Source of the DNA: Deltaproteobacteria bacterium
GTDB taxonomy: Bacteria; Myxococcota; Myxococcia; Myxococcales; 40CM-4-68-19
Reading direction: 5' to 3'
Assembly (NCBI GenBank): GCA_041499865.1
Contig: JBGQLA010000003.1
Coordinates: 1-42,319 of the forward strand
Length of the DNA stretch: 42,319 bases
Shown: piece by piece, positions 18,161 to 30,009 of the stretch
Layout of the letters: every line of letters starts with the position of its first letter
How positions within the stretch are numbered: position 1 is the first letter of the stretch
Made by a program: the position numbers and the translations under genes
Notes under the pieces: model-generated
Databases searched by the model: none
Told to the model about the DNA's origin: nothing
Seen by the model: the letters and a program-made list of their open reading frames with translations, nothing else

Positions 18161-21100
18161 GCGCCGCCGCGCTCGCGCTCCGCCACGGGCGTGGGATCGT
18201 GTTCGTCGCCGTGGCCTGTGCGGCCGCCGGAATCTGGGCGGCGATGCGGCTCCCGAAAGGCGTCTATCCCGAGGTCACCTTTCCCCGCGAGCAGGTCGTC
18301 GCATCGCTGTCGGGAGCGCCTGCGGCGACCGTGCTGGCCGGCCTCACCCGACCTCTGGAGTCCGCGCTCGCGTCGGTGCCGGGCGTCGAGACGATCCGCA
18401 CCCGCACCATCCGCGGCGCGGTCGAGCTGTCGATGTTCTTCTCCCCGGACACCGACATGGCGCAGGCGCACCCGCTCGTGCTCTCGCGCCTGGCCGATGC
18501 GCGCCCGGCGCTGCCGCCCGAGACGGAGATCGCCGCGGAGCGGGTGCTGGCCAGCTCCTTTCCCATCCTCTCGCTCAACGTCGAGGGCCCCTATCCTCCC
18601 GAGCAATTGTACGAGCTGGCGCAGTACACCATCCGGCCCGCGCTGTCGGGTCTCCCCGGCGTCGGTCTCGTCTCCGTGCAGTCGTCCGACGTGCCCGAGA
18701 CGGAGGTGCTGCTCGACTCGGCGCGGCTGGAAGCGGCGCACCTCACCGTTCCTCTCGTGGCGGACCGGCTGCGCAACGCCAACCGGGTGCAGACGGTCGC
18801 CCGCCTCTCGGAGCAGCACGAGCTCACGCTGGGCGTGGTGACGGGCGAGATGACCACTCCGGCGCAGATCGCGCAGACCGTGGTGGGCGGGACCGCGGCG
18901 ACCCCTGTGCGGATCGCCGATCTCGGGAGCGTCGTCCGCGGGGTGGTGCCGCGGACGACGCTCATCCGGGCGGACGGCAAGCCCGGCGCCATCGTCAACG
19001 TGGCGCGGCGGGCATCGGGCGACATCCTCGCGCTCGATGCCGCCGTCCGCGACAAGCTGGCGTCGGTCTCCGCATCGCTGCCGCCGGGCGTGCAGCTCCG
19101 CCCCGTCTATCAGCAAGCCCAGTTCGTTTCCGACGCCGTTCGCGGCGTTCGCGACGCCGTCCTGTTCGGCGCGCTGTTTGCGGTGATCGTGCTGGCGCTC
19201 TTCCTGCGCGACCTTCGGGCCACGCTGGTGGTGGCGCTTTCGCTGCCGCTCACGCTCGGCGCCACCCTGCTCGTGCTGCGGCTCTTCGGACGGACGCTGG
19301 ACCTCATGTCGTTGGGCGGCCTCGCCATCGCGGTCGGCCTGGTGATCGACGACGCGGTGGTGATCGTCGAGGCGGTGCACCGGCACCTCGAGGCCGGCCT
19401 CGCGCCCGCGGAGGCCGCGCGACGGGGCACGGAAGAGCTGTTCTGGCCGGTGGTCGGGACCACCGTCACCACGGTGGTGGTCTTCCTCCCGCTCGGGCTC
19501 CTCAGCGGCGTCGCCGGACAGTTCTTCGCCGCGCTCTCGTTCGCGCTGGCGACGGCCGTCGCGATCTCGCTGCCGGTGGCGCTCGCGGTGCTGCCCTCGC
19601 TGGCCGCGCGCATCCTCCGTCCCACGAAGCGCGCATCGGCAGGCGCAGGTCTCGCGGCGAGGTACGCAGCCCTGTTGCAGCGCAGCCTCGGGCATCCGGT
19701 CCCGGTCCTCGCGGCGGCGGGCGTGTTCGTGGTCGCGAGCGTCTTCATCTCCAGCCGTCTGCAGACGGGCTTCCTCCCCGAAGCGGACGAAGGCTCCTAC
19801 GTGATCGACTACTTCGCCCCCGTCGGCGCCGCCATGAACGAGGCGGATGCGATGGCGGCGAGAATCGAGGAGATCGTCGCCGCGACGCCGTACACGGCGG
19901 CATTCTCGCGGCGCCTGGGCACGGAGCTTGGGCCCCCGGTCGCGACGCTGTCCTCCCGCGGGGACGTGGCGGTGCGGCTCAAGACCGGAAAGCGACCCGC
20001 GGTCGACCAGATCATGGACGATCAGCGCGCCCGGATCGCCTCCGCGGCTCCGGGCCTGCGCGTCGAGTTCGTCCAGGTGCTCGCCGACATGCTGGGAGAC
20101 CTGCAAGGCTCGCCCGAGCCGGTGGAAGTGCGGTTCTTCGGGACGGATCCGGCGGTCCTGCGGCAGCTCGCGACCCGGGCCGCCGACAAGCTCCAGGACA
20201 TCGCGGGGCTGGTCGACCTCTTCGACGGCGACGAAGGCTGCGCCCCGGAGGTGGACCTGCGCATCGATCCGTTGCAGGGCGGCCGCCAGGGCCTCCAGGC
20301 GGCGAACGTCGCCGATCAGCTCGCGGCCGCGATGCTCGGGCAGGTCGCGACCCAGCTGCGCAGGCCCGATCACCTCGAGGACGTGCGCGTCCGCCTGGCG
20401 GCGGCGCCGGAGACGCGGCAGGCGCTGGAGGGCGCGAACATCCTCGCCAGCGACGGAAGGCCGCTGCCGGTGGCGGCGGTCGCCGAGGTCAGCCAGAGTT
20501 GCCCGCCCGCGGCCCTGCTCCGCTTCAACCAGCGGAACATGGTGCACGTCACCGCGCGCCTCTCCGGGACCAGCCTGGGGACGGCGGTCTCCGCGGTCCG
20601 CTCGCGCCTGAGCGGGCTCTCGTTGCCGGTCGGGTACTCCTGGGAGATCGGCGGCCTCTACGAGCAGCAGCGGGAGAGCTTCACCTCGTTGGCGGGCGTG
20701 CTCGCGGTGGCCGTGCTGGCGGTCGCGGCGGTCCTGCTCTTCCAGCTCCGCTCCTTCGCCTGGACCGCCGCGGTGCTGGCCGCCGCTCCGCTTGCGCTCG
20801 CCGGAGGCGCGATCACGCTCTGGGTGACCGGGACCGCGATGAACGTCTCGTCGCTGATGGGCGGCATTCTCCTGGTCGGCCTGGTGGTGAAGAACGGGAT
20901 CCTGCTGCTGGATCATGCGCTGGCGGCGGAAGAGCGCGGGGAGGACCGGCGCGCTGCGCTGGTAGAGGCGGCGCGCGAACGTCTGCGGCCCATTCTCATG
21001 ACCACGCTTGCGACTCTCGCGGCGCTGACACCGCTGGTGATCGGGCTGGGCGCCGGGGGCGAGATGCACAAGCCCCTCGCGATCGCGGTGGTGGGGGGAC

Positions 21101-21180
21101 TGGCATTTTCCACGGCGGCCACGCTGTTCGTCGTCCCGTCGCTTGCTGCCCGCGGACGGAAGAGACCGCCGTCGCCTTGA
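18157..21180 (+). CDS. RND efflux permease (AcrB/CzcA-CusA family)
   Basis: 1007 aa; GLVIDDAVVIVE, VVKNGILL and RLRPILMTT proton-relay motifs. Confidence 0.95.
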   Translation: MSAAALALRHGRGIVFVAVACAAAGIWAAMRLPKGVYPEVTFPREQVVASLSGAPAATVLAGLTRPLESALASVPGVETIRTRTIRGAVELSMFFSPDTDMAQAHPLVLSRLADARPALPPETEIAAERVLASSFPILSLNVEGPYPPEQLYELAQYTIRPALSGLPGVGLVSVQSSDVPETEVLLDSARLEAAHLTVPLVADRLRNANRVQTVARLSEQHELTLGVVTGEMTTPAQIAQTVVGGTAATPVRIADLGSVVRGVVPRTTLIRADGKPGAIVNVARRASGDILALDAAVRDKLASVSASLPPGVQLRPVYQQAQFVSDAVRGVRDAVLFGALFAVIVLALFLRDLRATLVVALSLPLTLGATLLVLRLFGRTLDLMSLGGLAIAVGLVIDDAVVIVEAVHRHLEAGLAPAEAARRGTEELFWPVVGTTVTTVVVFLPLGLLSGVAGQFFAALSFALATAVAISLPVALAVLPSLAARILRPTKRASAGAGLAARYAALLQRSLGHPVPVLAAAGVFVVASVFISSRLQTGFLPEADEGSYVIDYFAPVGAAMNEADAMAARIEEIVAATPYTAAFSRRLGTELGPPVATLSSRGDVAVRLKTGKRPAVDQIMDDQRARIASAAPGLRVEFVQVLADMLGDLQGSPEPVEVRFFGTDPAVLRQLATRAADKLQDIAGLVDLFDGDEGCAPEVDLRIDPLQGGRQGLQAANVADQLAAAMLGQVATQLRRPDHLEDVRVRLAAAPETRQALEGANILASDGRPLPVAAVAEVSQSCPPAALLRFNQRNMVHVTARLSGTSLGTAVSAVRSRLSGLSLPVGYSWEIGGLYEQQRESFTSLAGVLAVAVLAVAAVLLFQLRSFAWTAAVLAAAPLALAGGAITLWVTGTAMNVSSLMGGILLVGLVVKNGILLLDHALAAEERGEDRRAALVEAARERLRPILMTTLATLAALTPLVIGLGAGGEMHKPLAIAVVGGLAFSTAATLFVVPSLAARGRKRPPSP

Positions 21181-21245
21181 CTGCGACGATTCGTCGCTGA
21201 TAGGGACAATCGGAAACGCCGCGCTGGCATTTCCCTGGGGGGAAA

Positions 21246-21698
21246 ATGAAACCTCGAGCGCGCATCGTCCTGGCCGTCTCCTTCGCCCTGCTCTCCACGG
21301 GAACCATCGTCACCTGCGCGACCACCGGCCGCGGTGGGCCCCAGTCCGAGAGCATCGAGAAGCTCAAGAAGTTCGAGACCCGGTTCAACCAGACCATCAA
21401 CGAGGCAATCCGATCGCCCGACGCCTCGACATTCGCTTCCGAGATCTGCTCCGCCAGCTTCGTCGACCACCACATCCAGAACGTCGCCGACGCCGGAACA
21501 GCGGTGTGCGAGTTCTCCACGGCAAAGAAGCAGGAGCTCCGCGCGGCGGTGGACAACTGGATCGACCGCATCTACATCAGGGACAGCGGAGTGGATCCCC
21601 TTCCGGACGCGTCGATCGACAACTCGTGGTTCATGATCAGGGTCGACACCAACGTCGCAGGCGGGTCGGATACGTCGAACCCCGGCGACGGCGGGTAA
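21246..21698 (+). CDS. Secreted/lipoprotein hypothetical (possible SdpC-like substrate)
   Basis: Signal peptide with Cys (IVTC); internal Cys pair; first gene of a tight three-gene unit. Confidence 0.65.
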   Translation: MKPRARIVLAVSFALLSTGTIVTCATTGRGGPQSESIEKLKKFETRFNQTINEAIRSPDASTFASEICSASFVDHHIQNVADAGTAVCEFSTAKKQELRAAVDNWIDRIYIRDSGVDPLPDASIDNSWFMIRVDTNVAGGSDTSNPGDGG

Positions 21699-21705
21699 GG
21701 CGGGC

Positions 21706-22257
21706 GTGGCGGTGCTCCGGCGCTTCCTGCGCAATCCGGCTCCGTTCGCCGCGGCCGCCGCGGCAGGACACCTCTTGATGGTCATTGCCGGCGCAGCGCG
21801 ACTGCCTTTGCCGGCCTCCTCCGCCGCCACGAAGATCCTGGGCGTGTACGCAGCCTGGTCGGGCGCGAGCAACTCGTACGGATTCTTCGCCCCCGGCGTC
21901 GCCGCAGAGTGGCGCGCCGCCCTCGACTTGTATGATCCCCGCGCCGGCGTCTGGACCACCCGCACCCGGGTGGCCCCGAACCTCGAGCTGGCCGTGCTCG
22001 ATTCCACGATCAACAGCTACTTCTCCCGGAAGGAGATCCGGGAGGCGCTGGCCGCCTCGTGGGCCGCCGCGGAGATGCCCGAGGCGCCGGGCGCCGCAGC
22101 CGTGGTGGTGAGGGCGGAGGCGTTCCTCTTGCCGACGCTCCCCGAATACCGAAGCGGCCATCGCGGCGAATGGCGGACGCTGGCCGCGTACGCGTTCACC
22201 ACCGAGGAGCGCGAGGCGCTGGTGGATGCGCAGGATCGCCGTGCTCCGCCGCGCTAA
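21706..22257 (+). CDS. SdpA/DUF5819-like membrane-anchored protein
   Basis: N-terminal TM followed by SNSYGFFAP, resembling the W/Y-G/K-F/L-F-A/S-P motif of the SdpA/DUF5819 family; adjacent to an HTTM gene. Confidence 0.6.
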   Translation: MAVLRRFLRNPAPFAAAAAAGHLLMVIAGAARLPLPASSAATKILGVYAAWSGASNSYGFFAPGVAAEWRAALDLYDPRAGVWTTRTRVAPNLELAVLDSTINSYFSRKEIREALAASWAAAEMPEAPGAAAVVVRAEAFLLPTLPEYRSGHRGEWRTLAAYAFTTEEREALVDAQDRRAPPR

Positions 22258-23147
22258 GGCGGCAATCCGCGCGTTCGTGCTGGAGCCGGCATCGGCGCGG
22301 CCGCTGGCCGTCATGCGCATCGGGATTGCCGCTGCCCTGATCGGCGAGGCTGCGGTCGTCGCCTCTCATCTCCACGACTATTACGGACCGCTCGGCCTGG
22401 TGCAGCCGCCCGTCACCGACGCGCTGGCGCACTGGAGCCTGCCTTCCCTCCCGGCCCTCGCGCGGGCGCTCTCGTTCACCGGCTTGACGGAGTCCGGCGC
22501 GGTGCAGGCCGCCTTTGCCGTGTACGTGCTCGCGCTTCATCTCCTGCTCCTTGGCTGCCGGACGCGGGCCGCGGCGGTGGTCAGCTGGCTGCTGTTCCTC
22601 GCCTTCAAGAAGGCGGGGAGCGCTGCGGCGTACGGCGGACTCGAGTTCGCGCAGATCGCGCTCTTCTACTGTGTCGTGCTGCCGGTCGGCGACGCACTCT
22701 CGATCGATGCCTTCCGCCGGCCGCGGCCGCCCTCGGTGGGCGCGCGAATCGGATTGCGGCTGCTGCAGCTTCATCTCTGCGTGGTCTATCTCTCCTCCGG
22801 GATCGAGAAGGCGCGGGGCGATCAGTGGTGGACCGGAGAAGCGATCTGGCGCGCCCTGATGCGGCCGGGGCATGGAGATATCGATTTCTCCTGGCTGGCC
22901 GTTCACCCCCTCGTGGCAAAACTCGCCTGCTGGGGCACCGTCACCTGCGAGATCGGCTACAGCCTGTTCGTCTGGCTGAAGCGAACCCGGAAACTCTGGG
23001 TGCTCGCCGTCATCGGGATGCACCTCGCGATCGCCGTCTCGCTCGGGCTGGTCTTCTTTTCAGCAGTGATGATCGCGCTGAACGTCGCCGCCTTCCTGGT
23101 TCCGGCGGACGCGCGGGAGGCGATCGCCGACGCCCGGCAGCCCGGCG

Positions 23148-25445
<2,298 letters not shown>

Positions 25446-25532
25446 GGTGCGACCCGCCCGAGACTGCGCCTTTGGCTTCCTCGCCGTCAATCGCAGCCGC
25501 TTGCCCGGCGCGTGGCGATCCGCCGCCGCCGC

Positions 25533-26822
25533 TCACAGCCAGTGCAGGGCGCGGGCGTTGCGCACCAGGTCCTCGCGAAAGTCCGGGTGCGCGATGTCGA
25601 TCAAGGCGCGCGCCCGCTGCGGGATGCTGCGGCCATGGAGCCGGGCCACGCCCCACTCCGTGATCACGGTCTGGACGTGGGCGCGCGTGGTCACCACTCC
25701 CGCGCCCGGTTGCAGGGTGGCCACGATCCGCGAGCGCTGCCCGCCCTGCGCAGTGGAAGGGAGCGCGATGATCGCCAGCCCCTGCTCCGCCAGCGCGGCG
25801 CCGCGGATGAAGTCCATCTGGCCGCCGACGCCGCTGTAGAGCTGCGAGCCGATGGAGTCCGCGCACACCTGCCCCGAGAGATCGATCTCGATGGCGGAGT
25901 TGACCGCGACCATCTTGCGAAAGCGCCGGATCACCGCGCTGTCGTTGGTGTAGTCGCAGGGGCGCATCTCCACCATCGGGTTGTCGTGCACGAACTTGTA
26001 GAGGCGCTCGGTGCCCATCGTGAAGGCGGCCACGATCTTGCCCCGGTTGACCTCCTTCTGCGCGCCGGTGATCACGCCGCGGTCCACCAGGTCGACGACC
26101 GCGTCGGTGAACATCTCGGTGTGGATGCCGAGATCCCGCTTGTCGCGCAGGGCCAGCGCCACCGCGGAGGGAATCGCCCCGATGCCGAGTTGCAGCGTTG
26201 AGCCGTCGGTGACCAGGTCCGCGATGTACTCGCCGATCCGCCGCTCGACGTCGCCGAGGGGATCGAAGCTGAGCGTGTACGGCGGAATGTCGGCCTCCAC
26301 CGCGAGATCGATGTGCGACACGTGCACGAACGCGTCGCCGTGCGTGCGGGGCATGGAGCGGTTGAGCTGCGCGATCACCATCCGCGCCGCGCGGACCGCC
26401 GGCTGGGCGATGTCCACCGAGACGCCCAGGGAGCAGAAGCCGTGCGCGTCCGGCGGGCTGACGTTGATCAGCGCCGCATCGAGCGGGATGTCGCCGCGGG
26501 TGAAGAGCCGCGGGATGTCGGAGAGGAATACCGGGACGTATTCCGCCCGCCCTTCGCGGATGGCGGCGCGCGCGCTGCCGCCGATGAACATCGCCACGTG
26601 CCGGAAGCTTTGCGCGACGTGCGCGGCGAGGTGGGGGCCCGGTCCTTCGGCGTGGAGGTGGTGAATCCGGACATCGCGCAGCTCCGGCGCGCGGGCGACC
26701 AAAGCGTTGAGCAGGACGGAGGGAGTGGCGGCGCCGCCGTGGAGGAAGATCGACTGCCCGGAGCGGATGCCCGCCAACGCCTCGGCGGGTGGAACGATGC
26801 GCATGCGCGAAGGGCGTAGCAT
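25533..26822 (-). CDS. Acetyl-CoA hydrolase/transferase family (4-hydroxybutyrate CoA-transferase-like)
   Basis: TLQLGIGAIP, LGIHTEM (catalytic Glu), SGVGGQMDFIRGA, VITEWG. Confidence 0.93.
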   Translation of the reverse strand: MLRPSRMRIVPPAEALAGIRSGQSIFLHGGAATPSVLLNALVARAPELRDVRIHHLHAEGPGPHLAAHVAQSFRHVAMFIGGSARAAIREGRAEYVPVFLSDIPRLFTRGDIPLDAALINVSPPDAHGFCSLGVSVDIAQPAVRAARMVIAQLNRSMPRTHGDAFVHVSHIDLAVEADIPPYTLSFDPLGDVERRIGEYIADLVTDGSTLQLGIGAIPSAVALALRDKRDLGIHTEMFTDAVVDLVDRGVITGAQKEVNRGKIVAAFTMGTERLYKFVHDNPMVEMRPCDYTNDSAVIRRFRKMVAVNSAIEIDLSGQVCADSIGSQLYSGVGGQMDFIRGAALAEQGLAIIALPSTAQGGQRSRIVATLQPGAGVVTTRAHVQTVITEWGVARLHGRSIPQRARALIDIAHPDFREDLVRNARALHWL

Positions 26823-26852
26823 GGTCCGTGCTCGTTCGCACGCGCCGGAGGT

Positions 26853-27653
26853 TCAGATCACGTACTCCGGCGCACCGTCGGCTTGGGACCGAGCGAGCGG
26901 GGCCGGCGCTTGCGCCTGAAAATGCTTGCCGAGCTCGTAGGCGCGCTGGAGGTACGCCCGCCGGGTCGAGTCGTCCACGGATCCGACGGAGTAGAAGTAG
27001 ACGTGCTCAACCTCCTTGATGCCCGGATAGCGTAGAGCGAACTCGTCGATCAGCTGCTTCATCGCATCGCCCAGCCCCGCCGCGTAGGACTTCTCGTTGA
27101 ACAGGGTTGTGTTGATGATTAGCGCCTTGCTGTGCCGCAGCAGGGGACGCCGGCCCCGGATCTCTCCGTTCCAGCCCTGGGCCGTCATTCCGAATGCGAA
27201 CCCGAGCGAGAACACGCGCTCGATCCAGCCCTTGAGGATCGCGGGGAACCCGACGAAATACACGGGCGAGATGAACGCCAGACCGTCGGCTCGGGCCACC
27301 TTCTCCTGCTGCTCGGCGACGTCGCGCGGCTTGTGCTGCTTGACGAGTCGCACCAGATCGAGAGGAGTTGCATTCCTCAGCCGGGACCGCAGCAGAAACC
27401 GACGAATCGGTCCCCCGGCCGAGTCGATGATCTGCCGCTTGAGGTCCATTCGCTCCAGCTGATCGGAGGGGATGGTCTCGTCGATCCAGTTCGGCAAGTC
27501 GCGGGGCCGCAGCACCGGATCGAAGCCGATCGCGTACAGGTCGACCAGCTCGCTCGTATGGCCGCCCGCCTGCAGTCCTTGGGTGAACCGCTCGAGCACG
27601 GCGCGGCAGAAGGAGTTCGGGCTGGGATGGGCGAAGATGATCAGGACGTGCAC
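26853..27653 (-). CDS. NAD(P)H-dependent oxidoreductase, flavodoxin-like fold (Flavodoxin_2)
   Basis: VLIIFAHPSPNSF, DLYAIGFDPV, PAILKGWIERVF; RBS GGAGG before GTG 27653. Confidence 0.88.
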   Translation of the reverse strand: MHVLIIFAHPSPNSFCRAVLERFTQGLQAGGHTSELVDLYAIGFDPVLRPRDLPNWIDETIPSDQLERMDLKRQIIDSAGGPIRRFLLRSRLRNATPLDLVRLVKQHKPRDVAEQQEKVARADGLAFISPVYFVGFPAILKGWIERVFSLGFAFGMTAQGWNGEIRGRRPLLRHSKALIINTTLFNEKSYAAGLGDAMKQLIDEFALRYPGIKEVEHVYFYSVGSVDDSTRRAYLQRAYELGKHFQAQAPAPLARSQADGAPEYVI

Positions 27654-27841
27654 CGGAGTTCCTCCCCGGGCCGGCGCGAAAGTCCTGCATCTCGGGGCGA
27701 GGATCACGCAGTTTGCGCGAGCTTCCGCTGTGGCCCGGTCTTGGTAGCACGAGGCACGCATCTTCAATGCCAGCCAGATCGCCTCAGCCGAGCCGCCGCG
27801 CGTCGAGCGTCTCGCCCTGCTCGGCGAGAGGCTTCCGCCGC

Positions 27842-28036
27842 GCGCGGTATTTCCGGCACAGCTGACCACCGCGTCTACGTCGCGTTCTCGAACAGCCGGC
27901 GAAGTGTCGCGGCGTCCTCCAGGTCCGCCTTCACCGGCCCGCTGCGCGAGACCCGCACCACCTCGTAGTTCGTCGAGAGCGCATCGCAGACCGCCGACCC
28001 GATGGTTCCCGTGGCTCCGATCACGACCACCTTCAT
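27842..28036 (-). pseudogene. Short-chain dehydrogenase N-terminal fragment, frameshifted and truncated
   Basis: RBS GGAGG; MKVVVIGATGTIGSAV...LFENAT* stops at 27875, while the expected DVDAVVSCAG continues in another frame; no catalytic YxxxK region follows. Confidence 0.75.
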
Positions 28037-28138
28037 GCCAGCTCCTCCCAACCGAGAGCTGAGGGGATGCAGAGGAGCCGGCGAAGATGCTCCAGCGCCC
28101 TGGCGCACCTGTTTTTCCCTCGGCCTGGCGGAGAGTCC

Positions 28139-28147
28139 TGCTAGATT
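28139..28147 (+). promoter_or_regulatory. Putative extended -10 promoter of selC
   Basis: TGcTAGATT, 7 nt upstream of the mature tRNA 5' end. Confidence 0.45.
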
Positions 28148-28154
28148 CCGCCGC

Positions 28155-28253
28155 GGTAGCGCGTCCCTGTCTGGTGCGGGGCCCGGTCTTCAAAACCGGT
28201 GGCGGGCGATGAGAGTCGTCCTCGGTGGGTTCGATTCCCATGCGCTACCGCCA
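28155..28253 (+). tRNA. selC: tRNA-Sec (anticodon UCA)
   Basis: 8-bp acceptor GGTAGCGC/GCGCTACC, discriminator G + CCA; anticodon arm CCGGT-CTTCAAA-ACCGG; long variable arm; 5-bp T-stem around TTCGATT. Confidence 0.95.
28228..28253 (+). repeat. att core, left copy (3' end of selC)
   Basis: GGTTCGATTCCCATGCGCTACCGCCA, identical to 36084-36109. Confidence 0.92.
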
Positions 28254-28292
28254 ACACCCTGATCTCATTGATGTTAGCGAGCATTCCCCGAC

Positions 28293-28312
28293 CGTTTCCA
28301 AACTGTCTCCAA
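28293..28312 (+). repeat. Putative integrase arm-type site, left
   Basis: CGTTTCCAAACTGTCTCCAA; 19/20 identical to 35932-35951; internal GT(T/C)TCCAA tandem with 11-bp period. Confidence 0.65.
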
Positions 28313-28703
28313 GAATGGCAGCCGGAAAGGAGGCTCAAAATGGAATTGCGGCGAAGGGCCTGGCCTTGCAACTCCTTGGTCACTTGAGGACTTTTTAGGC
28401 GACGATCCGCTGCAGCGACTGCGGCAGCCAGTCCAGGTGAGCGGGAAAGACCCATGCGCTTCTTCCCAACCGACCCTGCAGGCACGCGTGCCGCGGTCCG
28501 TACGTCATGAGTGCTGTTCGCTACCAGGAGTGTTCGGTCCGGCGTCGGCATGGCGGAGCGAGATCGTGCCGCGAGTTGGGGAGAGCATGACGGCTCCTCC
28601 CCCAGCCGCCCGCACCGAGCAGCAGCCGCCCAAGGCGACCCTTCGGCCTCACGCCTCGCGGATCCCCTGGGGCTGAGCCTCTGCTGCGCGTCTTTCGTGA
28701 GGG

Positions 28704-29770
28704 CTACTCGAGGCCGCCGTTCGTGAGCGCCGAACCTCCCGAGGCGGCGGCGAGCGCGAATACCAGGTCATCGCGATCGTTGTACGGGCCGCTGGCGCAG
28801 GGGGTGGCGCTGCCGACGTAGCGGAACTGGGCGCGCACGGCGTAACGGCTCGAGCTGCTCACCGGGAGCGTGAGGGGCACGGTCAGGGTTTGGGCGAGGG
28901 CCTTTGTGGGAACCTTGGTCGCGACCAGGCTCCATACCGGGGAGGCGGGCGTGGTGGTGACGAAGACGTCGAGCGCGTCGTAGCTGTAGCCGCCGTAGGC
29001 CCACACGTCGACCTCGACCCGGGCTGCGCCGCCGGAAGCGAGCGCCGCGCCGGTGGTGGAGCGTACACGCACGGCGTCGATCGACTCGTCGGAGTGGAAC
29101 GTGCCGCTGGTACCGTCGGCACAAGCCGCGCCGAGCGTATTGGGGGAGTTGGCCTCGGGACCCATGCCGGCGCGACCGGTCGTGGTCGCCGAGCAGAGGC
29201 TGGACGGGGACGCGCAGAGAGGCGCCTTGAGGGCGACGTCGTAGCTGGCCGTGACACTCCCCGCGGAGCAGGCCGGACCGCAGGTGAGAGTGCCTCCGCA
29301 GCCGTCGGAAGCGGTGCCGCAGGTGCGTCCGAGCGCGGCACAGCTGGTTGGCGTGCAGGAGACCGGTGCGCACACCACCCGAAATACGACGGTGGTCACG
29401 GCGCCGCCCGGCGCGGCGATGACGAAGCGGTCATCGACGTCCTCGCCTGCGCAATTCGTCGGGATCCCGACGAGGCTCAGCGTGTGATCACCAGGTCTCA
29501 GGTAGAGATTCACCGTTCCGTTTGTCGCTATGGGCACCGTGACTCCATCTCCTTCGTCGTAGTCCCACTCGTCGTTGAGGACGCCGTAGCCATCGGCAGG
29601 GAGGTGAACGCCGGTTGTTATCGCGGTCACTTCGATCTCTGGAGCGCCGCGGTCTCCCGGTTGACCCGGTCCGCCGACCGTGCCGGATCCTGCGAGCTCG
29701 TACCGCCGCAGCCGGCCATGCCCATCGCCGCGGAAAGAGCGGCCGCACTCCACCATCCGATGCGTTGCAT
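28704..29770 (-). pseudogene. Frameshifted Cys-rich secreted lipoprotein with a myxobacterial peptidase-accessory-type C-terminal domain
   Basis: RBS GGAGG + ATG 29770 give MQRIGWWSAAALSAAMGMAGC (lipobox), which stops at 29627. The mature domains (CTPTSCAALGRTCG...DGCGG; YDVALKAPLC...HSDESID...AVRAQFRY...DRDDLVF) are in another frame, ending at 28704. Confidence 0.7.
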
Positions 29771-30009
29771 CTTCTGCCTCCAATCAGTAATCGAGAACGC
29801 GATCCGCCTCGCCAGGATGGCGGGACATCACCGCAACGCTCAATCCGCAATTCTTGGACCAGCCCTCATCCGTCCTTTCGCCTGGTAGCGGTCGTCTGCA
29901 CCGCGATCAGGTTCCATTGGATGACGAGCAAATCCGCGAGGGCGCCCGATGGGAAACGGAGGAATCAAATTGGCGACGATTCGGGCGAGGGCGTGGTCTT
30001 TTCGTCCGG

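Noticed and set aside
18037-21200. Overlapping ~1000-aa ORFs (18037-21069 minus; 18063-21200 plus)
   Set aside because: Arg/Gly/Pro-rich alternative frames of the RND permease gene.
27654-28241. N-terminal extension of the 462-aa ORF 26853-28241
   Set aside because: Runs antisense through tRNA-Sec and the SDR remnant; the real flavodoxin-fold gene starts at GTG 27653 with an RBS.
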